The position numbers were made by a program, and so were the translations under genes. 64,000 nt of DNA, taken from NCBI RefSeq assembly GCF_036321535.1, contig NC_087437.1, forward strand, positions 103,356,001 through 103,420,000. Direction: 5' to 3'. Shown piece by piece: positions 26,126 to 39,870 of the stretch. A model generated the notes under the pieces. The model was not told where the DNA came from, made no database searches, and saw nothing but the letters and a program-made list of their open reading frames with translations. Every line of letters starts with the position of its first letter. Within the stretch, counting starts at the first letter, position 1. The DNA is from Camelus dromedarius (taxonomy: Eukaryota).

Positions 26126-26434
26126 CATATCCATAGTCTTTTCTGAAAATCATGAAACCAGATATGTTTTAAAATTTAGAATTTTGGAGATATTTTATGC
26201 ACATATGTGTACATATAACACTCCTAGTGGGGTCTGTGATCAAGCATAATTTTACGTTCACAGAAACTCCTATTAATATCACACCAAATGGGAAAGAATA
26301 ACTATAAATAACCTCAAATCTATTCATTTTCTAAGTGAATACAAAGAAGGTCATTGCTCGTTGAGTTGCGAAGATATTTTCAGCTTTCAGAAGTTTTTGG
26401 GTTTTGTAATCACAGATAAATGTCTATGAATCTG
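26126..26434. mobile_element. MER96B-like DNA transposon MITE
   Basis: Ends ttttcagctttcagaagtttttgggttttgtaatcacagataaatgtctatgaatctg with a degenerate inverted terminus. Confidence 0.55.
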
Positions 26435-28569
26435 CATTTTACCTCAGTTACTGCAAAAATATGGTCACTTAATCTAAAAATAGCTTAATAAAAGAAGTAA
26501 AATGTGCTTTGTGGAGTAAGGCCTTAAATTAATGCCTAATATTATGTGCTGTCTTGATATCAGGTGAAACCAGGCTACTATGATGAATTAGAAAGCAATT
26601 TAGTTTTTTTAGAATAGAAATACTTTGAGGAGACTAGAGATTTAGTTGTCAAGTCTAAAATGAGGCTAACTATATACAATCGTTTAAGTTCTCATATTTT
26701 TATCTGACCTTTTAAAATCGATAGAGTTAGGAAGAATATATTGACTATATCTAATTTGCATCTCAAAGCCAGCTGAATAATGAAATGTACATAAAATATA
26801 AGACATACTTAATTGAAACTTGTTCACATTTTGGTGGTTTATAGCAGAATGTGCTTTTGGCAGAATTAGGAACATAAAACACATACAGACATTTTGATAT
26901 ATTTTTTATTGATGTCCAGAGGATGACTTCACAATGTATTTTATGTTGCCATAAGTTTATGGTATGGGAGACACTTGTTTTCCATCACTTTTCTGATGCA
27001 TTATTCCAAAGCCTCTGAAACAGAGAAATTTCAGCTGCTTTCACAAAAACATAATTCACTTGTCATTAGATTTACTGAGGGAAAGAAGCTGTCTATTACC
27101 TGTATTCAATTTTTTACATTCTGGGCTCTATTGTTATTCAATTTAAATATTTGGAAGGTAGATTCGTAAAACATGGTGTAATAACATATTTATTCTATTA
27201 ATTTTTCCATTAGTTTAACTTGGTAAATGTTAAGAGTCAATCATTTTTATTATTCAAACACAATATTTTTATTAATATTGAAGAAGTAGAAATGTTCTGC
27301 AAAATTTTTCTCTTTTTTATAAAAAATACTTGAAAGTAGCATTTTCTTACACAACAGGAACTATTAGATCTTTTTTTCTTCCAGTTATATAAATTTACTT
27401 CCCAGAGCCCTCTCAATTTAGCAAGATGAATTCTCAAATTTAGTTATGTTTAAAATTTTTCTTAATATTCCTCAAGTTCCTGGAAAAACTGCAGTGCAAC
27501 ACTTTATGAAAGATACGTCTTAGCACATATTTTTAAGTCTGCCTTTGCCTGAATCTGCTCAAGGTCATTGTATTTACGCTAAAACTTTCTTTATCCTTTA
27601 AACAGATGTGTTTGATATTCCTTTCCACACATTTTGGCTGTAAACATATTTACTAAGTGTTTCTTATTTTTCCTCAAATTTGTAAACATTTCCTTTTTTG
27701 TTTAACCTTTGCCCTCTCCAGTGACACTAGTCTTAGAAAAGCCTACCTGAAAATATCAAGAGCAGTTTTATTTGAGTTCTGCCAACTTCATTCTGCAGTC
27801 TAGAAGTTATATATCTGATATTTAAAAGTGCTTGAAAACAGCTGATGCATCTTTTTTTATTCAAGATGATGCTAAAAAGTCCCATCTAATTTAATGGATG
27901 GAATGGTTCTTTACAAGTTATGTTGTAAAGATATTCATTAACATGGATGGGAAGTGCTACTCAAACAGCAAAAAATGTGTCTGTAAAAGCTTACTAAGAT
28001 TCAGAGACTCAAATAATGCAACCTAAGAGTTCAAAAATTTCAGTGAAATTCAACTGTAGGGGTTCTATCAGATACACATTTCAAAAATGGAATTTGCTAC
28101 AGAAATGATTCATTTCTGAATGACAATTTGGCTGTTGTGGTTTTAAATAAACAAAAAAAAATGTTCACTTTGAAAATGACATTTTCAAAATAAGCTCTGA
28201 ATTTGCACAGGCTACACAGCTAATAAAAATTGAGATGGTCTTTTTTAGCCCATGAGTGTAGCATAGTGTGCTATTTAAAATTATTTTACACTAAGATATT
28301 CTACTTGGGCTATAAAAATGATATTCCAGACTTTATATGTCTCTAGTGTGTTTGTGATGAACTATGAAATCTGTGTATAATCCCTTCTTCTAAAATAAAA
28401 TTGTTAATTTTTATCTCAATTTTTGAAAGTATGATATGCATTTTATATTTTAACGAATATATTTTAATTATGTTTCAATCTTTACATGTCCACTACTCAC
28501 TACATTTTCAAACTGAATAAGTTGAAAAATAATTAGTGTTTTATGTATAAGACTAAAAGGACATGTTTT

Positions 28570-28648
28570 TCTAAACTATTTTTTAATTAAACTATAGTTA
28601 ATTTACAATATTGTGTTAGTTTCAGGTGTAAAGCAAAGCGATTCAGTT

Positions 28649-28698
<50 letters not shown>

Positions 28699-30647
28699 TC
28701 CCAGATTCTTTTCCATTACAGGTTATTATAAGATGTTAAATGTAGTTCCCTGTGCTATACAGTAGAACCTGTTGCTTACCAATTTTGTATATAGTAGCAT
28801 GTATCTGTTAATATCAAATTCCTAATTTATCCCTCTCTTGCCACATTTCCCCTTTTCTAATCATAAGTTTGTTTCTATGTCTGTGAGTCTATTTCTATTT
28901 TGTAAGTTCATTTGTATCATGTTTTAAGATTCCACATATAGGTGACATCATATGATATTTGTGTCTGTCTGACTTATTCACTTACTATGATAATCTCGAG
29001 GTCCATCCATGTTACTGCAAATGTCATTACTTCATTCTTTTTTATGGCTGAGTAATATTCCATTGTGTGTGTGTGTGCATGCGTGCATGCGTGTGTGTGT
29101 GTGTGTGTATACATACACTACATCTTTATCCACTCATCTGTTGATGGACATTTAGGTTGCTTTCATATCTTGGCTATTGTAAATAGTGCTGGTATGAACA
29201 TTAGGGTGTATGTATCTTTTTGAAATAAGGTTCCCTCTAGATATATGCCCAGGAGTGGGATTGCTGGATCATATAGTAAGTTTATTTTTAGTGTTTTAAG
29301 GAACCTCCATACTGTCCTTCATAGAGCCTGCACCAATTTACACTCCCACCAACAGTGTAGGGAGGTTCCTTTTCCTCCACAACCTCCCCTGCATTTATTA
29401 TTCATCAACTTTTGGATGATGATGGTCATTCTGACTGTTGTGAGGTGATACCTCATTGTAGTTTTGATTTGCGTTCCTCTAATAATTTGTGATATTGAGT
29501 ATCTTTTCATGTGAGTGTTGGCCATCTGTATGTCTTCTTTAGAGAAATGTCTACTTAGGTCTTCTGCCCTTTTTTTCATTGTTTTTTGTTTGTTTGTTTT
29601 TGATATTAGGATGTGTAAGTTGTTTGTATATTTTGGAAATTAATCCCTTGTTAGTAGCATCCATCCCAAATATTTTCTCCCATTTCAAAGGTTGTCCTCT
29701 TGTTTTCTTTATGGTTTCCTTTGCTGTGGAAAAGTTTTTACATTTAATCAGGTCCTATTTGTTTATTTTTGTTTTTATTTCCATTTCTCTAGGAGGCAGT
29801 TCCAAAAAGATATTGCTGTGATTTGTACCAAAGAGTGTTCTGCCTATATTTTCCTTTAGGAATTTTAGAATATGCAGCCTTATATTTAGTCCTTTATTCA
29901 TTTTGAGTTTATTTTGTATATGGTGTTAGAGAATGTTCTAATTTCATTGTTTTACATGTAGCTGTCCAGTTTTCTCAGAACCACTTATTGAAGAGACTGT
30001 CTTTTTTCCATTGTATATTCTTGCCTCCTTTGTCATAGATGGATTGACCATAAATGTGTGAGTTTATTTCTGGGCTTTCCATCCTGTCCCATTGATCTAT
30101 ATGTCTGCTTTGGTGCTGTAACATACTGTTTTGATTACTGTGGCTTTGTAGTATAGTCTGAAGTGAGGGAGCATGATTCTTCTAGCTCCATTCTTCTTTC
30201 TCAAGATTACTTTGGCTATTCACTGTCTTTTGTGTTCCCATACATATTTTAAAAATTTTTTGTTCTAGTCCTGTGAAAAGTGCCATTGGTAATTGGATAG
30301 AGTTTGCACTGAATCTGTAGATTACCTTGGATAGTGTGATCATTTTAACAATATTGATTTTTCCAATCCAAGAACATTGTGTATCTTTCCATCTGTTTAT
30401 GTCATCTTTAATTTCTTTCATCAGAATTTTATAGTTTTCTGAGTATAGGTCTTTTGCCTCCTTAGGTGGGTTTATTACTAGGTATTTTATTCTTTTTGAA
30501 GCAATGGTTAATATGGCTGTTTCCTTAATTTCTCTTTCTGATATTTTCTTGTTAGTGTGTAGAAATGCAACAGATTTCTGTATGTTAATTTTGTACCTAT
30601 CAACTTTACTGAATTCATTGATAAGCTCTGGTAGTTTTCTAGTAGCA
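28570..30647 (-). mobile_element. About 2.1-kb 5'-truncated artiodactyl L1 (3' part of ORF2 plus 3'UTR), with 9-bp TSD acatgtttt
   Basis: ORF track fragments 30182-30421 and 29319-29579 are L1 ORF2 (KEIKDDINRWK...[21 protein letters not shown]...TTMRYHLT...[11 protein letters not shown]). acatgtttt occurs at 28561-28569 and 30647-30655, the latter followed by A. Contains (TA)n at 28654-28695 and (TG)n at 29064-29108. Confidence 0.97.
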
Positions 30648-31732
30648 CATGTTTTATTATTCTTGTAGTGAAATTGTAAATATTGTGTTGCTATGTGTTG
30701 AAAACTTTGTTATGCACTAAAATATGTTCTTTCTATGAAGGGTTTTATGTGTTTGAACAGAAGGGGAACTTCTCTTGTCAGTACTGTCTGCCATATTGCT
30801 GCTAGTTTTTTTTTTTTTTTCCAAAATATACATAAGGAAATGAAGTTCAGGGATGCTTAACTGTTAAAGACAGAAAACAGTAAAAATTTCCAATAATGTT
30901 AAATAATTAAGAATTAAAATAGAACATTTTAAAAAGTCATAATCAAATAGTATTTGCCATAGTTATAATTAGTGAAGGCTCTATTCTCACCCTATTTCTG
31001 CAGGAAATGATGAGGAACATTTTTTAAAATGTTGGATCAGATAGCACATTATAATTATAAGCCTTTCTCCTCAGAAAATAAATTATGCATGAGGGACATA
31101 GAAGATCAAATCATAGTTTAGAATATAAAACTAAATATCAATAAATTCAGATTTTAGAGAAATCTTTCTCCATGTAAACTATTACTACATTTTTAATTTA
31201 TAATCACTTCTAATTCTTCAGTGCTTTTTTCAAAAAGAAATCAATGTAATTTTTGTTGTTGTCGTTTTCTCATTTAAACCTTTTGCAACTGAAAGTGAAT
31301 AACTCAAAAGACTAATCAAGGATATGACATTATGGTGAATTTGTGTTTTCCAGTTTTTAGGTCATTGTATAATCTTAAATAAACACAAACCAATTCTCAT
31401 TTTTTTTTAAAAAAATTCTGAATTAATCAAATTCCTATTTGAGCACTGAATTAAAGAAGGCCAATCCTCAGGTTAGTCTCTTACAATGAAGGCTAGTTTC
31501 TCTCAACTAAGACCATGGACTGAAATGATATCAGAAATGAAAAAAATAGAATATTAAAAAAAATGACACTGAAGACACTTCTATAACGGGATTTTCTTAG
31601 TGTTTCCACCTCAATAGATATTCTGTGGTCCTAATTCTATGCTATTTTTTCCTGCAAATATGCAATCATCATACATTATACATGAATATTGAAAAATATG
31701 ATCTGTTTAGCATCCTCAGAAGGCAATATATC

Positions 31733-31806
31733 AAAAATAAAAACACAGAGAGATAATTCAGAATTGTGTAAAAATAAAAACACAGAGAGATAATTCAGAA
31801 TTATGT
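31733..31806. repeat. 37-bp tandem duplication
   Basis: aaaaataaaaacacagagagataattcagaattRtgt x2, 36/37 identical. Confidence 0.95.
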
Positions 31807-32061
31807 CTCTCCCAGATTTAAACAAACAGCAGTGACAATAATGACAACAACAATAACAGAGCTCCCCTGTCTGTTAAGAGGTGAATAACAAAGGGAAGAA
31901 CGTCTTTAAAGTCACACTCTCTCCAAACAGCCAGTATCCTCATCACCTCTTCTCTGACTTTACCCTTTGTGGTGCTAAGGTCTGCATTTTAACTCCCATC
32001 CTATTAACCTGACATTATAAACTATATGATTTTTAGGACAGTCCTTTTCAATTAAAGCTAC

Positions 32062-32459
32062 TGTCTTAGTCCGTTCAGGTCACCATTAAAAAATACCACT
32101 GACTGTGTGACTTAAATAACAGAAAGTAATTTTCTCACACTTGTAGAGGCTGGAAAGTCCAAGCTCAACGTTCTGGCAAGGTTCAGGTCCTGGTGCAAGC
32201 TCTCTCCCTGCCTTGCCAATGGCTGCCTTCTCGCTGCGTCCTCACGTGACATTTTCATATCCGTGCTTGTGGAGAGAGGAAGAACTCTGGTGTCCCTGCC
32301 TCTTCTTAAATGGGCACCAGTCCTACTGGGTTAAGGCCCCAGCCTCGTGACCTCATTTACTTTAATTATCTCCTAAAAAGCCTGTCTCTGAATACAATCA
32401 CACTGAGGGTTAGGGATTTAACATATGAATTTCTGGGAAACAATTCAGTCCATATACCA
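32062..32459 (-). mobile_element. MLT1A-like MaLR solo LTR
   Basis: tgtcttagtccgttcagg...aaataccac...gaggctggaaagtccaag...gggttagggatttaacatatgaatttctggg...attcagtccata. Confidence 0.92.
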
Positions 32460-32559
32460 CCTATTTACAAGCACTAAGAAATGTGTTATAATCTTTACAT
32501 AGATTCTTTAGCATCTTTATCTTATCTCAACATGTTTTTCCAAAATTTTCAATTTGTAA

Positions 32560-32900
32560 CATTATTTCAACAAATATTTAAGTAACATCATGTGCTTAAC
32601 ATTGGGGATATAGGGAAAAAAAATAAAATAACCTGACTCTGCTGCTTTCTTGAGACTGATACTCTAGTATAAGATATGGTTAAGAACATATATTCTGATG
32701 TCCAAGATAGAATAGGTTACATCCTAGTATGTGAGTATGGGCCAGCTGCTTGATCATATTAAGCCTATTTCCCCATTTAAAATTGAGAATGATGATACTG
32801 TTTATCCATAGAATCACCAAGAGAATTCTGTGATTAAGCATAAAAAGTAATCAGCATGGTTCCCAGCAGAGAATCCACTGGTAACACCCATTATTAAGAT
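32560..32900. mobile_element. Adjacent L2 3'-end and MIR remnants
   Basis: ttcaacaaatatttaagt...ggggatatag, followed by ggttaagaacat...tttccccatttaaaattgagaatgatgatac. Confidence 0.5.
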
Positions 32901-34189
32901 CACTTACGAGGCTGGCGTTCATTCCATTGTGTCAAGTTTGCCTCAGTGTTAGTTTCTCTCTTTCCCCACACCACTGTCATTTTCTCTATGTATAAGTATA
33001 TACACTGAACAATGTTGCTTTTTCAAAATCAGTTTGTCAAACCAATATTAAGAATGATTGTGTCAAAATGTTTACATTGGATAAGAGTAATCAAAAAGAT
33101 ATTTAATATATCATTTCCTATTTAATAGAATTTTACTTAAATCCTTCAAAGAAAGTTATAATCAATTTTTATTTCTGTTTTGAAAGCAATTCATGCTGAT
33201 ATATATTTTAAGGTATTAATAAATCCACTATCATAGGTGTCTACCATGTTACTCTTTTAATTCCTTCTAAAGAATAGAGTTTGGTGGAAGTTGCCTGGAC
33301 ACCACCCTCTGCAGAACATAACTCTTGGTCACCCTTCAGCATGGTCACTTATTTATTCTTCCTTTATTGAACTAATTAATCAACCATTTAATAGAGTATA
33401 TTTCCTTTCTGCCAACCTGCCCCACATTTTCTACAAAGCTTCATGATTGCAGAGTGTTAAAAAAAGAGACAAAACACTGAGAATGTAATCTAAGAGCCAC
33501 TGCATCATCTCCAGGTGCACTGCTTCTACTTAGAATTCAGTGCTGTATTTGCTTTCCCTGGAGCTACATCAGTGATTATGGCTAGTTTGTTATCTGCTAT
33601 GACACTTAGCTATGTATCTGCCACAACTGCACATCCTGTATTTTTGCATTTTAAAAATTATTCTCCTCTCCAGTTATGTTTCCCTCATCTTATCTTTAAT
33701 GCATTTTGTTCTGTGTGTCTTTTACACTCCTGGAGGTCACTTTAAATGGTTATCATACCCTCTTAGTTTTAAGCCACTTCCTTTTCCCCTCTTGCTGTTT
33801 AATGCTAGCTGAAGAGTTAATGACCACAGCTGATATTCTATCATCTTGATTTCAGAGTTCCTTCTGTTAAGTGATTCACAGCTTAACACTGTCCATACAC
33901 AAATAGTAAGACTTTAATTAATGAAATGATCATTCTGGTTATCTTTAATTGACTAGAGCCTGGGATTTAAACTCAGAGTTTTGCCTGAAGGCTTTTTAAA
34001 AGTTTTCAGTGGCTCTACACTGTTTAACAAATTAAGTCCAATTTATTTTTTCTAACATTTGTCATTGTCCGTTATTTGATCCTAATACATTTTCAGGTTT
34101 TTATTTCACTACTGTTAGAATCTGAAGACTGAGCTGTGGCGTGCTTCTATAGAAAAAGGAGAAAACTGGGGTAGATGAAACCAAGGACT

Positions 34190-34790
34190 CCTTTCATTCA
34201 TACATGTACTCATTCATCTGCTCGAGATTAATACAGACCTAGTGTGGGCCAGGCATTTTGTAGGTTCTGGAGACACAGCAGTATAATGAGATTACAATGC
34301 TTTGTTTGGAAATAAATAATTGCAAATGCAATTGAATTACAAGTTAATTGGAAGGGAAAAGATTATAAGAGTATAGGCAGAGGAAATGGTGTGGACAAAG
34401 GATTAGAGAATAGAGAGAAAATAGCCTCTTGTTAGAACTAAGGGGGGTTTTAAACTGATGATGGGAATGTCATGAAATGGAATAAAAAAAGGTCAACTCA
34501 TGAAGTGCTTTGTGAGCTGAGATAAGAATCTGGACTGTGAAATAAGAACATCTACATGGGTTTTTGTGCCATATACTGAGATTAGTCGTACAAAAAGAAA
34601 ACGTGTTTGGTGAGGGATGATGTTGATTTTAATTTGGTGAAACTGAAATAAAGTTGCAGTCATTATTTCAACTGGAAATGCCAAGTACTTCGTATACTGT
34701 ACAATTCTGGCACTTGATCTAGATTAGAGATACGTTTTGGGAGGTGTGGTCATAAAGATGGTAATAAAAGATATGCTAGTGGAGGAGATG
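34190..34790 (-). mobile_element. L2 fragments
   Basis: ttcattcatacat...gtgggccaggcattttgtaggttctggagacacagcagt; later tagagatacgttttgggagg...agatggtaat. Confidence 0.7.
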
Positions 34791-34799
34791 TTACAGTAA

Positions 34800-35349
34800 G
34801 TGTGTTCGAATTTTTCCTCTCATGTCAAGGTCCAGAGGTTGGCATTCCAAGACTGGAAAGTTCTGTCAGAGTTCCAGGATTCATGATGCTTCTCTATTTT
34901 ATTACCCACTGGGTATGGCCACTGTATTGAACAATGGTTTGAACCATCTGATGCCAGCATTGAAGGGTTTGTCTTCCTACTTGTTGATGATCTGTGAGCA
35001 TACAGTTGTCAGCCCCTGAGAAGGTGCTTCAGCTGCAAAGAGCTGCCTCTCCCAAGGTCTTATGCCTTCCCAGGGTTGCCCTCAGCCAGTGACTGATCAA
35101 CACAGGAACATAAAGCCTTGCCTACTTTAACCCACCATGGGACTATTTTGAGGGGCAATTATAGCTCCACAGACCTCATAAGATTGCTGGAGGATATTGT
35201 GGGAGCTCCATCTCAGTTCAGCTTCTTCCCGTCTAACCTTGTTTCCTTTTCCTTACTTCTACTGTGGATGGTCCAAAAGGCACTATTAATAAATATTATC
35301 CATGCCAAACTCCATTTCAGTGTCCGCTTCAAGGACTCAATCTGAGACA
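34800..35349 (+). mobile_element. LTR16A-like (ERVL) solo LTR
   Basis: tcagctgcaaagagctgcctctcccaaggtc...cagccagtgactgat...taataaat...ccatgccaaactccatttcagtgtccgcttc...tctgagaca. Confidence 0.85.
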
Positions 35350-35354
35350 GCCTC

Positions 35355-35600
35355 CCTTCACAAGGATTTCCCATGGTCCAGGATGGTATTCCCGGCTACA
35401 ACCATTTATGTACACATTCCAACCAGCAAAAAGGAAGAAAAAATGAGATGAGTTTGACCCATTCCTTATACATTTCAATAGCTGCAAAAGTTATGATTGC
35501 TTATATCCCAGCATCCTGACTTAGTCTCAAAACTATACCTATTCCCAAACTAGACTTACAAATGTAGTTTTTATTTTGGTTGGCTCTGTGCCCAGATGGA
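35355..35600 (-). mobile_element. MaLR (MLT1J-like) fragment
   Basis: catggtccaggatgg...cacattccaaccagcaaaaaggaag...aaatgtagtttttatttt. Confidence 0.55.
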
Positions 35601-36469
35601 ACAATCTCTGTAACACCCACCTTCTCTTTTCTCACTCTGAGAAGCTATCTTAAGCCCTGGTAAGTCATCTGATAAATGTCTATGAATTCAAGTCATGATT
35701 CCAAAGGACAGATGAAAGATGAGGAAGGTACATTCTTCAGATCATGGCTAAGTCTTATTATTTTTCCACAGAAAAAATCTTATTTGGCTAATAATTTTTT
35801 TGCTTGTTTTGAAAATAATTTATTTAGCTGGGTACAGATTATTTTTTACAAATAATGTTAATGAGTTCTGTTCAGTATGTTTCTGCTGATTACATACTAT
35901 ATATCAGGCAGTATCCTAGGCATTATAATAGATGAAAAAGCTTTGCTTGAGTGACTTCAAAACACAATTAACTTTGAATACCTGGGTTTGCCATTGTCAA
36001 AAAGGAAGTAATATTTTTCTTAGAGTATTTATTGCTATGTGTGCTTATGTCTTATGCCTAAACTATGCTCTATCCCACGAGGGATGAAAATTTTAGTTGA
36101 ATATATATTATATAAACATATGAAGAGGTAACTAACAAAGATGACAGCACATAATACCCCAATTAATGGCACACAGACACTGAGCCTCATGTCTGGATTA
36201 GGAACTTGTGAAGATCTGAATTCACACATTTCTGATGCTACAATAAGCCATGTCAAAATATGTCTAGCTCTCTGCTAAGGCACAGTTGTCCTTTCTCATT
36301 TGAAATTAAAACTAAGTGTATGTCATATGCTCTGACTGATCTACAATTTTAACAAAAATATTTTATACCCTGCTTACATTTTCTGCCATGTGCTGTCTGA
36401 TAGATACCATTAAGTCAACACCTTTAATCCAGACTGTCATATCCCACATATTTGTTATATGATCAATCA

Positions 36470-36633
36470 TCAATTATATATATGTAACATATGTTATTGT
36501 GTATATACATATACATGTATGTGTGTGTATATATAATATATGTAATATAAATATATATGTATATATTTATATATAAATATAAAATATTATATGTGTGTGT
36601 GTGTGTGTGTATGTGTGTGTATATATATATATA
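36470..36633. repeat. (TA)/(TG) low-complexity microsatellite region
   Basis: Directly visible. Confidence 0.9.
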
Positions 36634-37061
36634 ATTCTCTCTACCAATTGTCTGGAATTCTTTTTCCCAAACATTATTCTCACTGCATTTTGGATATACC
36701 TGGTTCTTGGTTTTCATTTGATCTAATGATACTCTGCTTTCATTGTTATATTTCTCCTCTTTTGTTCATAGGCAAACACTTGCTAAGTAATGTTTTTGAG
36801 AGAAAAATGTTGTGGCCGGGAGATGTCCTTACAGTTGTCAGTTCTTGGAGATCTGTGGGTGAAGCAAGTGACAGCTCAGAGCTGGAGCTCAGCCTCTACT
36901 TTCCAAAGATTTGTAGAAGCATGACTTTCTGATACCATATGCTCATTTCAGTATGCAAGTTCTCAATTATTAAGGGTTTTCCTGACAGTTTTCTTGTCAT
37001 ACATCAGATAAAGGGAAACACGTTAGACACCATGCTATAGATTATTGTATGCCTTATATGC

Positions 37062-37572
37062 TGTGTAGGCTGAATAGTGGATTCTCCAAAGATACCCACA
37101 TCCTAATCCATGAAACCTATGAATGTTACCATATACAGCAAAAAGGACTTTGTGGATATTAAGTTAAGGATCTTGAGATAGGAGGATTATTTTGAATTAT
37201 CCAGGTGGATTCTAAATGCTATCACAGGTATCCTTATATAAGAGATATTTGGCACAGGCTACAGAAGAAGAAAGCCATGGGAAGGAAGTAGGGAGAAGCA
37301 GAGGCAGAGAGAAAAGGAGTTTGTCACTGACTTTGATGATGGAGGAGGAGTCCATGAGTCAAGAGGTACAACTTTAGCAGCTGGAAAAGGAGAGGAGACA
37401 AATTCTCCCTTAATGCCTTCCAAAGAAGCTTGGCCAGGAGCACATCTTAGTTTCAGCCCACTGAAAGTGATTTTGAACTTGTGGCCTCCAGAACTGTAAG
37501 GCAATGCATTTGTATTGCATTAAGCCATGAAGTTTGTGGTAATTTGTTACAGCAGACATAAGAAATTGTATA
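37062..37572 (+). mobile_element. MLT1D-like MaLR solo LTR
   Basis: gtaggctgaatagtgg...cacatcctaatcc...aaggatcttgagat...ggcctccagaactgtaag...gtttgtggtaatttgttacagcag. Confidence 0.92.
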
Positions 37573-38559
37573 AAAACTGCAAGCGGTGTCATAATTGACT
37601 CTGGGAATCTTGTCCCTGAGGGCCATATTGTATTTAGAGAATTAATTTTTACTTTGATTTTAAAGGGTTCTTCTTACTTGTTACCTCAGTTTTTCAGACA
37701 ATACCCAGCTAAAACTTTGATAAAGAATCCTCATATATACTCCAGATAACTATCCAGTAAACAGAATAATTCTATACTGAAGCAATGGACAAAGTAATTG
37801 TTATTGCACAACAACAATGCAAGTGTGGTTCTGGCACAAAAACTTCAGGTGATTTTCCTCTTCATCTCATCTCTTTAATTTTTGTGCATGATTTGTGTCT
37901 AGATATTTTTAGACTCCTCAGGAGATTTTGCTAAAGCACTACAGTAAGGCTAGATTCTATAGAAATTTCAAAAATTATGGGCTTACATTTTTCTGGTATT
38001 TTTCATAGAATTCATAATTCATAAAGAAATTATATGTTGCAAGGAACAAAATTCAATTGTTTTTTTCTTATTTTTAATGATTTTCTTATTTTGTTTTCCC
38101 TCTAGAGCTGTGTAGCATATTTTGGACACTCAAGTGGGTGAAAAAGAGCTTCACAAATTAAAGACTAAAATAAATAGAATTAAAATTATTAGAGAAATTA
38201 AATGATATTTTTAAAAGTTAATTTGTTACACATATAACTTTCAGAATTCAGCAGAGTTAACAGTGAGAGCCCTATGGACACTGAAACATTAATTGCTGAT
38301 AAATCATTTAGTGATTGACTTTACTGCCTTCTCTGAGCTCCAATGTAGATTATGGTAATTACTATTAAAAGTCTTTTTCCATTTAACATTTTATGATGAC
38401 AGAAATCCTTTATTGGCCCAGTTGAGAATTCATTCAGTCTTAGATTTTACCATGACTCCTACTTAGCACAATGAAAGGAACATCTAATAATTATATTATG
38501 ATAATGAAATATGAGCCTTATTTTTTAATTTTAAAAGACTGAAGTGATTAAGAACTATA

Positions 38560-39200
38560 TTCTTACTAAAAGTGCTTGAGACAGAAAGTTGACCAGTAGA
38601 TGTCACAGACTTTATTGAAAATGTTTCTCTTCTTGATCCCCAGTACACTTCCATACATGTTTAGGCCATTTTTTTCTTCTCAATACTCTACTCCCATTAC
38701 TTATTCTCAACATGTTAATTTATCGACTTCCTTTCTGAAGCCACTCAGCTCAAAATGTTTAGCTCCCAACCCCATATTTTTTACTGAATCTTTCCGTATC
38801 TACTACTTTGTCCATGATCTTTAACAAAAGATGGCAGTTTCTGATTTCATCCTCATGTCTCAAGGAACACGATCCGTTCACCATCTCCTCTCCACTTCTG
38901 CTCTTTAATTTCTTTTTCTCCATTAGTTTTCTTCTCTATCTCTAAATATGTTCTAGTTTATCCTATCCTAAAAGTTATTTTTTCTTTAGCTCTGACCAAC
39001 ACTTTAAACTCCTTTTCCGAAAACCTCTTGAAAGTGCAGAATACCTTGTCACTTTCACTAGCTCATCATCTACCCACTTCTCAAACTCTTGAAATCTGGT
39101 TTATATTTGGAACAGTTTTCTTCTCTACAGTCATTTCTCATTCCTTGACTGACTCTTCTTCCTGAGATGTCTTGAAAATCTTCTCTGTTCTATATAGAAC
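38560..39200 (+). mobile_element. Degenerate L2 fragment
   Basis: Pyrimidine-rich with L2-like motifs (tcctatcctaaaa, aaacctcttgaaag, gaaatctggttt). Confidence 0.45.
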
Positions 39201-39634
39201 TTTATCTCTGACATTAAATTTAATAATATATGAGGTTAAGTAACATAATATATGTGAAAAGAACTCTAGTTATAAACTACAACATACATATAAAAATAAA
39301 TTATTGCAGTAGACATTACATTATAATAGCAATTATTATTATTATTAATATTATTTCTACTGTCTCAGTTTAAATAACCCCTATAATAGTTGAATTATAA
39401 ATTTCTATTCTGATTTCTGGGCTAGGATTTAGTCCCACATTTTTTTTTTCAGATGCATTTCCATTGAATAGCTTTCCTTTTGACAACTCAAATATAGCAT
39501 ATGTAAAACTTTTGCTCATCTCCCCCATTTCCTGGGAGAAAAATATGAAATAGCGTTTGCTTTCTCTGCCTTCCTCATTTCTACTAACAGAAATATGCCC
39601 AGACACAAAACTGAAATGTGGGCATTTCTTGGGA

Positions 39635-39870
39635 CTTAAAAGCCAGAACTCTGGATCCCAACTTTATGAGTTTGAAACCTGGCTTTGCTAGTTGTCAGTT
39701 CTGTGACCTTGAGAAGTGTATTTATTCTTTTTGTACCTTAGTTTCATCATCTCCTCAGTGGGATTAATAATAAAAACTTATCTCACATGGTAGTCTTGTG
39801 GATCAAATGTATTAAAATACATAATACTTAGGAAAATGGGTAGCATACAGTAAGCGTTATATGACTGTAT
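39635..39870 (+). mobile_element. MIR SINE, near full length
   Basis: gagtttgaaacctggctttgc...ctgtgaccttgagaagt...ttagtttcatcatct...gggattaataata...agcatacagtaagcg. Confidence 0.85.

Noticed and set aside
29245..30421. ORFs with reverse-transcriptase-like or protein-like sequence
   Set aside because: They are fragments (sense and antisense) of a disabled, 5'-truncated L1 ORF2, not a host gene or novel RT system.
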